Positions 10,285 through 18,645 of a DNA stretch of 64,000 bases are shown in pieces. The notes under the pieces were generated by a model. The model was not told where the DNA came from. It worked only from the letters and a program-made list of their open reading frames with translations, and searched no databases. The stretch's first letter is position 1; each line of letters opens with the position of its first letter. The position numbers and the translations under genes are program-made. The stretch is from NCBI GenBank assembly GCA_963667845.2, contig CAXXVL010000002.1, positions 3,360,001-3,424,000 on the forward strand. Direction: 5' to 3'. Source of the DNA: Smithellaceae bacterium. GTDB taxonomy: Bacteria; Desulfobacterota; Syntrophia; Syntrophales; Smithellaceae.

Positions 10285-10380
10285 AAGCTTTTCCGGCAGC
10301 CCTGCCGCCTTATCCCGTCAAAGATTTAGGCCAGTAACTTTGCGTCCCACCTTTTCAGATGGTTTGCTTTTATCAAGCTT
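10285..10380 (-). ncRNA. GEMM-I (c-di-GMP-I class) riboswitch aptamer, A20 variant (candidate c-AMP-GMP sensor)
   Basis: Minus strand AAGCUUGAUAAAAGCAAACCAUCU-GAAA-AGGUGGGACGCAAAGUUACUGGCCUAAAUCUUUGACGGGAUAAGGCGGCAGGGCUGCCGGAAAAGCUU: GCAAACC, GAAA-capped P2, GGGACGCAAAG, receptor-like CCUAA/UAAGG in P3, and P1 AAGCUU/AAGCUU. Confidence 0.93.
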
Positions 10381-10387
10381 TGCGTAG

Positions 10388-10416
10388 ATTCTCGCTTATT
10401 TTTCGTCAGAAGTCAA
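10388..10416 (-). promoter_or_regulatory. Sigma70-type promoter for the riboswitch-pilD operon
   Basis: TTGACT-17 nt-GAGAAT; the predicted start site falls at the 5' end of riboswitch P1. Confidence 0.6.
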
Positions 10417-10559
10417 TAAATTTATTGTGATTCCGATCACTAATATCCATGTCTATGCTCATTTCATACAGGAAATATCGCTCCTGCCGCCGTTTCTCTG
10501 TCGAGAAGCGAACAATAAATTTCTTTGCAATGCGATAGTCCTTGAGGTATCTGTTACTT

Positions 10560-11642
10560 ATGAATGACGAATACTATATGAAACTCGCTTTGAAACTGGC
10601 CGCCAAGGGGAGTGGCTATGTCAGCCCAAACCCGATGGTCGGTGCCGTAATCGTCAAGGATGACAGGATCATTGGTCTGGGCTATCATCGGTTCTGCGGA
10701 GAGAACCACGCCGAAATCAACGCCATTGAAAACGCAAAAGAAAGCGCCGCCGGGTCTACTCTTTATGTCACATTGGAACCCTGCTGTCATTATGGCAAAA
10801 CGCCACCTTGCACAGATAAAATTATTAAAAACAAAATTAAACGCGTCGTCATCGGTGCCACCGATTCCAACCCGCTGGTTTCCTGCCGCGGCATCAATCA
10901 ACTGCAGGGCGCAGGGATTGAAGTCAGAACTGGCGTTATGGAAGACAAATGCCGAAATCTCAACGAAGTCTTCTTTCATTTTATGGAAACAGGTCTGCCT
11001 TTCGTCACTCTTAAATACGCTCAAACGCTCGACGGACGCATCGCCACAACAACCGGTCAGTCACAATGGATCAGTTCGCCTTCGTCACTGAGATTTGCTC
11101 ATCAGCTGCGAGCCCAGCACGATGCCATCCTCATCGGAATTGGCACCGTCCTCAAAGACAATCCGACGTTGACGGTAAGAAACGTTCGAGGCCGTAATCC
11201 GTTGAGGATTGTTTTGGATTCCGGACTGGCCACCCCGGCCGACGTCAACGTAATGCAGAATCTTTCTCAAACGCCGACATTGATTGTTACAACCAAACCC
11301 TCTTCCGATCCGGATTTTCAAAAGCTTACTCGGGCAGGAGCCGACGTGGTCACGATTGATCCCGATGAGAGCAACCATGTTGACCTGAGAAAATTGTTTC
11401 CCCTTCTGGCAACCAGAAATATTTCTTCGGTTTTAATCGAAGGCGGCGCAGAAATAATTACGTCCGCATTGAGAGACAATCTGGCTAATCGTTTGGTCGC
11501 GATCATTGCACCGAAAATTATCGGCAAGGGCATAGAAGCGATAGGCGATCTAAACATCCGCAATCTTGAAGATGCAAAATTATTATCCGTGAGGCATGTA
11601 ACGAAGAGAGGCGCAGATATAATTATCGACAGTCGTTTATAA
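10560..11642 (+). CDS. ribD: Bifunctional riboflavin deaminase/reductase
   Basis: SPNPMVGAV, HAE, TLEPCCHYGKTPPC, KYAQTLDGRIA, LIEGG; GAGGT SD before ATG 10560. Confidence 0.97.
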   Translation: MNDEYYMKLALKLAAKGSGYVSPNPMVGAVIVKDDRIIGLGYHRFCGENHAEINAIENAKESAAGSTLYVTLEPCCHYGKTPPCTDKIIKNKIKRVVIGATDSNPLVSCRGINQLQGAGIEVRTGVMEDKCRNLNEVFFHFMETGLPFVTLKYAQTLDGRIATTTGQSQWISSPSSLRFAHQLRAQHDAILIGIGTVLKDNPTLTVRNVRGRNPLRIVLDSGLATPADVNVMQNLSQTPTLIVTTKPSSDPDFQKLTRAGADVVTIDPDESNHVDLRKLFPLLATRNISSVLIEGGAEIITSALRDNLANRLVAIIAPKIIGKGIEAIGDLNIRNLEDAKLLSVRHVTKRGADIIIDSRL

Positions 11643-13242
11643 TCGCCGTTACGCTCATGGCAGCCTTAATGCCATCCAGTGCTGAACTGATAATTCCCCC
11701 CGCGTATCCTGCACCTTCCCCGCATGGATAAAGACCCCGGACATTTACGCTCTGACCGTCATCTCCTCTGCAAATACGCACAGGCGAAGATGTCCTGGTT
11801 TCCACGCCGATGAGGTGAGCCTCCCGCGAAACGAAACCCGGCATTTTTTTATCGATCTGCAACAGACCGCTCTGAAGGGCTTCAGCGACAAAGTCCGGAA
11901 GTACTTCGCAAAGCATGGAGGCCTTTACGCCGGGTAAATAACTGGTCCGGCCGACAGCACCTGTCGATTTTCGTTCAATAAACTCGGAAAGTCTCTGCGC
12001 GGGGGCATAATAACTGCCGCCGCCCGCCTCAAAAGCCCGCCTCTCCCAATGACGGCGAAAGACAAGGCCGCTGAGAGGGTTACCCTCCGATACAAAATCC
12101 TCCACGCGTATATTAGCAACAACTGCACTGTTGGCAAATTCGCCGTCGCGTTGACTATTGCTCATGCCATTCGTGACAACAGACCCCGGAAATGCGCTGC
12201 AGCCAATCACCTGCCCTCCGGGGCACATACAAAATGTATAAACGGATCGATCCCGTTCAGGGACTTTCGCCGTAACAAAATATTCCGCCGGAGGCAATGC
12301 TGCATGATTTGACCATGGACCGTATTGAATGGAATTGATCAGGGCCTGCGGATGCTCTATGCGTAAACCCATTGCAAAAGGCTTGGCTTCCAGTCCGACG
12401 CCGCGATCGAGCAATTTTTCATATGTATCGTCGGCACTTTGACCGATCGCCAGAATCACTTTGTCCGTCTTTATCTCATTTGCCGCATTCACAATCACCG
12501 CAGAAATTTTGTCCTGCCGGATCACAAAATCGGTTACCTGGTTTTCAAATTGAATGACGCAGCCCAGATCTGTCAGTTTTTTTCTCAGACGAATGATCAC
12601 TTCGCGCAGTCTGTCCGTGCCGATGTGTGGTTTTGCCTCAGTCAAAATAGACGGCGGGGCACCCATCTCCACGAACACTCTTTTTACCCAGCCGGCGTAA
12701 GGATTCTTTGTCCTGCTGGTTAATTTCCCGTCAGAAAAAGTCCCTGCCCCTCCTTCGCCGAAAAGAACATTGCTCTCGCTATCCAACACTCCCTGTTCCC
12801 AAAAGCTTCGCACATCTTGTATCCGTCTTTCAATAGGTCGGCCCCGCTCCAATATTAAGACGGAAATGCCCCTTAAAGCGAGCATATAGGCGGCAAACAG
12901 GCCGGCGGGACCAGTTCCGATAACGACGACAGGAGTTCTCCCCGATGATGTTCCGTTGACAGTGCCAAGCACCGGCTCAACGGCGCGTTCATCAACAGAA
13001 AGTCGGATCTGCATGCCGTCGGGAAGTGTATCCGGCAATTTCACTTCGACAGCTAGGCTAACCTCCGCCGCATAAACAAAGTGGGGAGGCCTGTTTCGCC
13101 TGGCATCCAAAGCTTTCTTGATCACAATAAGCGAGATAATATCAGACACCGGAATGCCGATTGCAAGAGCAGCCTTTAACGCCAGGTTCTCTTCACCTTC
13201 ATCTAACCTCAACTGCAAACCGTTGAGATGGATTTTTTTCAT
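11623..13242 (-). CDS. Uncharacterised FAD-dependent oxidoreductase (COG2509-like)
   Basis: GTGPAG, GEGGAGTFSDGKL, HIGTD, TFCMCPGG, ETRTSSP, GEGAGYAGGIISSALDG. Confidence 0.9.
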   Translation of the reverse strand: MKKIHLNGLQLRLDEGEENLALKAALAIGIPVSDIISLIVIKKALDARRNRPPHFVYAAEVSLAVEVKLPDTLPDGMQIRLSVDERAVEPVLGTVNGTSSGRTPVVVIGTGPAGLFAAYMLALRGISVLILERGRPIERRIQDVRSFWEQGVLDSESNVLFGEGGAGTFSDGKLTSRTKNPYAGWVKRVFVEMGAPPSILTEAKPHIGTDRLREVIIRLRKKLTDLGCVIQFENQVTDFVIRQDKISAVIVNAANEIKTDKVILAIGQSADDTYEKLLDRGVGLEAKPFAMGLRIEHPQALINSIQYGPWSNHAALPPAEYFVTAKVPERDRSVYTFCMCPGGQVIGCSAFPGSVVTNGMSNSQRDGEFANSAVVANIRVEDFVSEGNPLSGLVFRRHWERRAFEAGGGSYYAPAQRLSEFIERKSTGAVGRTSYLPGVKASMLCEVLPDFVAEALQSGLLQIDKKMPGFVSREAHLIGVETRTSSPVRICRGDDGQSVNVRGLYPCGEGAGYAGGIISSALDGIKAAMSVTAIINDCR

Positions 13243-13332
13243 TTTTTCACCATTGCAAAAATCGGATACATATTATAGGTGTAGTCGAACTATTGCTGTA
13301 GTCCAACAATTTGGATACAAAGGTATTTTCCC

Positions 13333-13833
13333 ATGCCATGGTATGCCGTACATACAAAAAGTCGTCATGAATACAAGGCCCATACCGGACTAATCAAAAA
13401 GAATCTGGAATCGTTTTTACCGGAGATGGAGGTTTGGAGCAAGCGAAAAGACCGTAAAAAAAAGTTATCTGTACCGCTCTTTCCGGGCTATCTTTTCGTC
13501 TCCGCCACATTGGACAATGAAATAAAACTTGCCATCCTCAAAACAACCGGGGTGGTTAAAATCCTCGGGAAAAAAGAGAACGCAGAACCTTTGCCGGTGC
13601 CGGAAGAAAAAATCCTTGCTATCAGACGAATCATGGATAAAAAAGTGGAAATGTTTTCCATACAGTATCCCAGGGAAGGAGAACCGGCCAGGATTTTAGA
13701 CGGTCCCTTTGCCGGTATCGAGGGAACGGTAATAAAAAGTGATCTCGAAAATGAATTGTTTGTCATTTCGATTGACCTGATGCAACGTTCTGTGGCCATC
13801 AAACTGGAAGGTTTTCAAATCGGCAAAATCTGA
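13333..13833 (+). CDS. UpxY/RfaH/LoaP-like specialised NusG paralog (transcription antiterminator)
   Basis: WYAVHTKSRHE, FLP, PLFPGYLFV (NGN domain); ILDGPFAGIEG (KOW). Not in a secE-nusG-rplK context. Confidence 0.88.
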   Translation: MPWYAVHTKSRHEYKAHTGLIKKNLESFLPEMEVWSKRKDRKKKLSVPLFPGYLFVSATLDNEIKLAILKTTGVVKILGKKENAEPLPVPEEKILAIRRIMDKKVEMFSIQYPREGEPARILDGPFAGIEGTVIKSDLENELFVISIDLMQRSVAIKLEGFQIGKI

Positions 13834-13944
13834 CGATCTTTTCGCTATTAACCTAAAAAAACTTGACATTATGAACATTATGCGCAAGATAGCATCCGCC
13901 GAACACAATTGAATAACTGGCAAAAACTGATTTGGGGATATGCT

Positions 13945-14154
13945 TTGAAAGGATATATCAAGATAAACAAAGAACTCTGCAAGGAGTGTCACCTCTGCAT
14001 TCACTTCTGTCCTAAAGGTCATATAGTACCATCCGGTGAGTATAACGCTCAGGGATATCACCCCGTCTGCGCCAGTGAAGAAAATGAATGCAACGGTTGC
14101 GCTATCTGCGCGACCATGTGTCCGGATGTCGCAATAGAGGTTTACCGTGAATAA
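13945..14154 (+). CDS. 2x[4Fe-4S] ferredoxin subunit of a 2-oxoacid oxidoreductase
   Basis: CKECHLCIHFCP and CNGCAICATMCP; TTG start after GGGGA. Confidence 0.9.
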   Translation: MKGYIKINKELCKECHLCIHFCPKGHIVPSGEYNAQGYHPVCASEENECNGCAICATMCPDVAIEVYRE

Positions 14155-15205
14155 AGTATTGATGTCAGGAAATAATATTATCGGTGAGGCAGCGATCCGC
14201 GCCGGTTGTCGATTTTACGCCGGTTATCCGATCACGCCGCAGAACGAGTTGACCGAATACATGGCGGAGCATATACGCAGTGCTGAAACCGGCGTATTTA
14301 TCCAGTCGGAAAGTGAAATCGCCGCCATCAATATGATTGCCGGCGCAAGCGGAACGGGTGTCCGGGTCATGACATCGTCTTCGAGCCCCGGCATTGACCT
14401 GAAACAGGAAGGTATTTCTTCCATGGCGGCCTGCGAACTGCCCGGTGTCATCGTCAATATTATGCGTGGCGGCCCCGGACTGGGAAACATCCGTCCGTCC
14501 CAGGGCGATTACTTCCAAGCGACTCGCGGCGGCGGGCATGGGGATTACCGCACGATTGTTCTGGCACCGGCGACCGGCCAGGAACTGGCGGATCTGACTA
14601 TGGATGCCTTTGATCTGGCTGATAAATACCGTACGCCGGTCATGATCCTCGCCGACGGCATGATGGGACAAATGATGGAGCCGGTCATTTTTAAAAAACC
14701 CAAACCCAGAAATTATCCGGAAAAATTCATGTTGCGCGGCGCGGGAACGGGTAAGAGCAAATTCATACGCGGCCTGCTTCTGGATCCGATTGACAGCGAA
14801 GAACATAACTGGAAACTGGCCCGTAAATATCAAGCCATCACCAAAAACGAAACACGCCACGAAGAGCATTTGACCGAAGATGCCCAAATGGCTATCGTTG
14901 CTTATGGAACGGCTGCGAGAATCGCCAAAGGCGCGATTAAAAGGCTTCGCGAAAATGGCATGAAAGTCGGCCTGTTCCGTCCGATCACTCTGTGGCCTTT
15001 CCCGGAATTTAAGCTGAGAGCGCTTTCGGCCAAAATCAAAAACTACGTTGTCTTCGAGATGAGCACCGGACAGATGCTGGAGGATGTCCGCTTGGCTCTG
15101 CAGGGTTATGCCAACATTGATTTCCACGGACGTCCGGGTGGCGCAGTACCGACGCCTGCAGAACTGGCTAATGTCGTTGCGAGAATTTACGCCAAAAGAG
15201 ATTAA
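14147..15205 (+). CDS. vorB: 2-oxoacid:ferredoxin oxidoreductase alpha-type subunit (VorB-like)
   Basis: YAGYPITPQNE, QSESEIAAINM, TSSSSPG, MRGGPGLGNIRPSQGDY, EMSTGQM. Confidence 0.88.
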   Translation: MNKVLMSGNNIIGEAAIRAGCRFYAGYPITPQNELTEYMAEHIRSAETGVFIQSESEIAAINMIAGASGTGVRVMTSSSSPGIDLKQEGISSMAACELPGVIVNIMRGGPGLGNIRPSQGDYFQATRGGGHGDYRTIVLAPATGQELADLTMDAFDLADKYRTPVMILADGMMGQMMEPVIFKKPKPRNYPEKFMLRGAGTGKSKFIRGLLLDPIDSEEHNWKLARKYQAITKNETRHEEHLTEDAQMAIVAYGTAARIAKGAIKRLRENGMKVGLFRPITLWPFPEFKLRALSAKIKNYVVFEMSTGQMLEDVRLALQGYANIDFHGRPGGAVPTPAELANVVARIYAKRD

Positions 15206-15236
15206 TGACGATCATATCGACGAGGATTCGATCAAA

Positions 15237-16010
15237 ATGTCAAAAATAGTTTTTCAACATCCTAAAAGTCTGAAACACAATATCTACCATTATTGCCCGG
15301 GATGCGGTCACAGCATAGCCCACCGGATTACCTGTGAAGTCATCGACGAATTGAATATCCGGGGCATCACCATCGGAGTTCCGCCGGCGGGATGCGCCGT
15401 TCTTGCTTATAATTACTTTGATGTCGATATGATCGAAGCGCCGCACGGGCGCGGGCCTGCCATGGCATCAGGCATCAAACGCTCACTTCCCGACCGTGTC
15501 GTCTTTTCCTATCAGGGTGATGGAGATCTCGCCGCTATCGGGATGGCCGAAAGCTTTCACGCGGCTAACCGCGGTGAAAACATCACCGTAATCTTTATCA
15601 ATAACGCCGTCTACGGCATGACCGGCGGGCAAATGGCTCCGACTACCATGCTGAATCAGAAGACAACCACCAGTCCAACCGGACGCAAACAGGAACTCGA
15701 CGGTTATCCGGTAAAAGTCAGTGAGATTTTTTCCCAGATTGGAGGCGTTACTTACCTCGAAAGATGCTCGGTCAGTTCTCCGGCCGGAGTCAATAAAACC
15801 AAAAAAGCCATCCGAAAAGCTTTTCAGTGTCAGATGGACGGGTTGGGTTTTTCCATGATTGAAATTCTCTCCATGTGTCCAACCAACTGGAAGATGTCGT
15901 CCATCGATTCCTGCAAGTGGATTGACGAAGTTCTGGGCAAGGAATTCCCAACCGGCGTCTATAAGGACAATATCGCCGCCCTGAAGAAAAAAGCGGAGGG
16001 ACAGTCATGA
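15237..16010 (+). CDS. 2-oxoacid:ferredoxin oxidoreductase TPP-binding (beta) subunit
   Basis: HYCPGCGH, PAGC, YQGDGDL, NNAVYGMTGGQMAPT, LSMCPTNW; GAGGA SD before ATG 15237. Confidence 0.92.
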   Translation: MSKIVFQHPKSLKHNIYHYCPGCGHSIAHRITCEVIDELNIRGITIGVPPAGCAVLAYNYFDVDMIEAPHGRGPAMASGIKRSLPDRVVFSYQGDGDLAAIGMAESFHAANRGENITVIFINNAVYGMTGGQMAPTTMLNQKTTTSPTGRKQELDGYPVKVSEIFSQIGGVTYLERCSVSSPAGVNKTKKAIRKAFQCQMDGLGFSMIEILSMCPTNWKMSSIDSCKWIDEVLGKEFPTGVYKDNIAALKKKAEGQS

Positions 16011-16546
16011 TCGTCAAGGCTTTCTTTTCGGGTTTCGGCGGCCAGGGCGTCCTGATGATGGGTATCAGCCTGGCAAATGCGGCAATGAATAAGGGATTAC
16101 ACGTCACCTATCTTCCCGCTTATGGAGCCGAGATGCGGGGGGGAACCGCCAATTGCACTGTTGCAATGGGTGATGAAGAAATTGCATCTCCTGTGGCATC
16201 GGAACCAGACTACCTCGTGGTGATGAATTCGCCTTCCCTCTTTTCCTTTCAGAATAAAGTAAGCAGTGGCGGAACTATATTTATCAATTCATCGATTGTC
16301 GATGCACGCCCTATCCGGCAGGATGTCAAAACCATCTGCATTCCCTGCGCGGATATGGCTCAGGAACTGGGCAACAGCCGTGTGGCCAATATCATTATGA
16401 TGGGCGCTTTCATCAAGAAAGCAAAAGTCGTTTCTCCGGAAATCTATCTGAAAAGCCTGGAAACGATCATGGGCAGCAGAAAAAGATCCCTGGCGGAAAT
16501 CAACCGCAAAGCGTTCGCTACCGGATTTGATTATGTTCAGGATTAA
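16007..16546 (+). CDS. 2-oxoacid:ferredoxin oxidoreductase gamma subunit
   Basis: GFGGQG, PAYGAEMRGGTANC, ANIIMMGA. Confidence 0.93.
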   Translation: MIVKAFFSGFGGQGVLMMGISLANAAMNKGLHVTYLPAYGAEMRGGTANCTVAMGDEEIASPVASEPDYLVVMNSPSLFSFQNKVSSGGTIFINSSIVDARPIRQDVKTICIPCADMAQELGNSRVANIIMMGAFIKKAKVVSPEIYLKSLETIMGSRKRSLAEINRKAFATGFDYVQD

Positions 16547-16563
16547 TTAAGGGTATTATTACT

Positions 16564-16995
16564 ATGGCAGTTAAACAAATTTCCGTATTATTAGACAACG
16601 TACCCGGCTCGTTTGCCAAACTCACCCATATTCTTGACACGGAGGATATCGGCAGAATAGCCGTATCCGCGGCCAGCATTGAACACGACAGTCGCGTCCG
16701 TCTGGTCGTGAATGATCCGGATCGCGCAGCGGCGCTTTTGAGCAGCTTTAATTTCAATTTTGAAGTAACGCCGGTTCTCGCCGCGGAAGTTCCCCTTCAT
16801 GCAGGTGGCATCAATGCTATTCTGAATCCTCTGGCCAACGCCGAAGTCAATATTTTGTATTTGTATACAACCGTCAACCGCATTGGAAAAGAAACCATCG
16901 TTATTATCGGCGTGGACAAACTTGAAGAAGCCAGAGAAATCCTTACGGAGAACTGGATCAATCTGATCGGCGACGAAATTTACTCAATTCCTTGA
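16564..16995 (+). CDS. Tandem ACT-domain protein
   Basis: KQISVLLDNVPG, VRLVVNDPD, VNILYLY; ~143-aa double-ACT pattern. Confidence 0.8.
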   Translation: MAVKQISVLLDNVPGSFAKLTHILDTEDIGRIAVSAASIEHDSRVRLVVNDPDRAAALLSSFNFNFEVTPVLAAEVPLHAGGINAILNPLANAEVNILYLYTTVNRIGKETIVIIGVDKLEEAREILTENWINLIGDEIYSIP

Positions 16996-17010
16996 TCTTA
17001 AGGACCCCCC

Positions 17011-17418
17011 ATGCCGGTTTCCGCAGAAAAAGATAGAGCCCTTGCGGCCAGGATGCAGGAACTCGGCATTTCCGAAGATGATTTTGTAGAATCATTTGTT
17101 CGTTCCTCCGGTCCCGGGGGACAAAAAGTCAATAAAACGTCATCCTGTGTTCATCTTCTCCACAAACCAACCGGTCTCGCCGTGAAATGTCAGCGCGAGA
17201 GATCACAAGCCTTGAACCGTCATCTGGCGCGACGACTCCTGCTGGACAAGATTGAAAGACAGCAAAAAGGGTTTGTCGAGGAAGAAAAGGAAAAAATCGA
17301 GAAGCTGCGTCGGCAAAAGAGAAAACGAAGCCGGCGGGCAAAAGAAAAGATGCTCGTCGCTAAACATCAGCAGGCCGAAAAAAAGGGGTTGCGCGGTAAA
17401 GTTATTATTGAAGAATGA
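17011..17418 (+). CDS. RF-1-domain peptidyl-tRNA hydrolase (ArfB/C12orf65-like ribosome rescue factor)
   Basis: RSSGPGGQKVNKTSS, CQRERSQALNR, basic C-terminal tail. Confidence 0.88.
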   Translation: MPVSAEKDRALAARMQELGISEDDFVESFVRSSGPGGQKVNKTSSCVHLLHKPTGLAVKCQRERSQALNRHLARRLLLDKIERQQKGFVEEEKEKIEKLRRQKRKRSRRAKEKMLVAKHQQAEKKGLRGKVIIEE

Positions 17419-17439
17419 AATAGAAAAATATTAAAGGTG

Positions 17440-17526
17440 TCATTAACCCCGCGACGCTCTGCTCAGCGGGATAATTCGACTTGCCAATCTGACCGCGCTT
17501 CGCTTGGCAGATTGGAGTCTCATTAA
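17440..17526. repeat. Palindromic intergenic cassette flanked by TCATTAA direct repeats
   Basis: TCATTAA at 17440-46 and 17520-26; internal hairpins CCCGC...GCGGG and GACT..CCAATCTG...CAGATTGG-AGTC. Confidence 0.55.
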
Positions 17527-17570
17527 TAAATAAAAAAGGGAGAGAAAGTCGATGTACGCTCCCCCTCCCT
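17527..17570 (-). terminator. Intrinsic terminator of atpE
   Basis: Minus strand AGGGAGGGGGAG/CUUUCUCUCCCU 12-bp stem (with G-U pairs) followed by a U-rich tract. Confidence 0.75.
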
Positions 17571-17594
17571 GTTTATGATATCTATAAAATTTTT

Positions 17595-17963
17595 TTAGCC
17601 AATGTACTTGAGCAGCGGATTGGCATAAAGGACGATCAGCGCGATAACCAGCGCGTAAATCGCCAAGGATTCGATCATGGCCAGACCGACCATCATGGTG
17701 AGAAGAATTTTACCCTGAGCTTCAGGATTTCTGCCGACAGCGTTCGTTGCTCCGTTTAAGCCCTGGCCCATACCATTACCGGTTCCGATTGTTCCAAAAG
17801 CAATAGCCAGACCAGCCGCGATTAAAGAACAACCGACAATGATGGCTTTTGTGTAATCAACAGTTCCTGTTGCAGCTGCAGCTTCCGGAGCTGCGAAGAC
17901 AAAGGGAGCGGAAACAATAACCAACACCATCGCCAGCAGGGAATAAACTAAACTCTTTTTCAT
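17595..17963 (-). CDS. atpE: ATP synthase Fo subunit c with a signal-peptide-like N-terminal extension
   Basis: GxGxGxG helix, VGRNPEA loop, GLAMIESLAIY with the essential Glu; AGGAGG SD. Confidence 0.96.
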   Translation of the reverse strand: MKKSLVYSLLAMVLVIVSAPFVFAAPEAAAATGTVDYTKAIIVGCSLIAAGLAIAFGTIGTGNGMGQGLNGATNAVGRNPEAQGKILLTMMVGLAMIESLAIYALVIALIVLYANPLLKYIG

Positions 17964-18076
17964 GTATAGCCTCCTATTTTTTGTGACAGATTTATGCCCG
18001 GAACCGTTAATTTTTTTTTATCTCTTTTAAACCTCCCTTCTTTAAGATTTTAACGACTACCGGTCATTTGCCGATA

Positions 18077-18105
18077 TTTTTAACGATCCTTCAACTGGTT
18101 GTCAA
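18077..18105 (-). promoter_or_regulatory. Sigma70-type promoter for stand-alone atpE
   Basis: TTGACA-17 nt-TAAAAA on the minus strand. Confidence 0.6.
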
Positions 18106-18177
18106 GGAATTTTTGAAAATATTTTTTAACCCAAGGCAAATCTTGATTTTCTGACGCAAGAGGTTTAAGAAGTACGC

Positions 18178-18645
18178 ATGAGAATACTAACGACACAGGA
18201 GAAAAACGCGGCAAGCATCATGCAACGCGACCTACCCCTGACCAGCAAGCCCTTTGCGGCAGTTGCTGATGCCTGTGGTCTTAATGCCGGCCAATTGATC
18301 AGTCTTTTAAGAGATCTCGCAAAGAACGGCATCCTCAGAAAAATTGGCGCCATTCTACGTCATCAAAATGCAGGTTACCGGAAAAATGCACTCGTGGTCT
18401 GGTCCATACCTCCCGGCAATGAGGAGGTTGCAGGACGGGCATTTGCGTCGCTGCCGTTTGTTTCCCATTGTTATCAAAGGGAGCCTGCGTTTCAGGAGAA
18501 ATATAATCTTTTCACGATGCTGCATGCTCAGAATAACGATCTTTCTGTGCTGATCGACACCATGACGCAGTTGATCGGCAACAGCGATTACCTCATTTTG
18601 GAAAGCCTGCAGGAATACAAAAAAACATCACCGGAGTATTTTTAA
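18178..18645 (+). CDS. ahbB: Siroheme decarboxylase beta-like subunit (AhbB/NirH, Lrp/AsnC fold)
   Basis: QRDLPLTSKPF, LRKIGAILRHQ, VSHCYQR, YNLFTMLH, EYKKTS; coupled to hemL. Confidence 0.75.
   Translation: MRILTTQEKNAASIMQRDLPLTSKPFAAVADACGLNAGQLISLLRDLAKNGILRKIGAILRHQNAGYRKNALVVWSIPPGNEEVAGRAFASLPFVSHCYQREPAFQEKYNLFTMLHAQNNDLSVLIDTMTQLIGNSDYLILESLQEYKKTSPEYF

Noticed and set aside
17595..17963. Na+-coupled c-ring suggested by the ES..Y motif
   Set aside because: The Gln32-equivalent (13 residues before the loop Arg) is Met and the Thr67-equivalent is Leu, so the Na+ signature is incomplete; H+ coupling is more likely but unproven.
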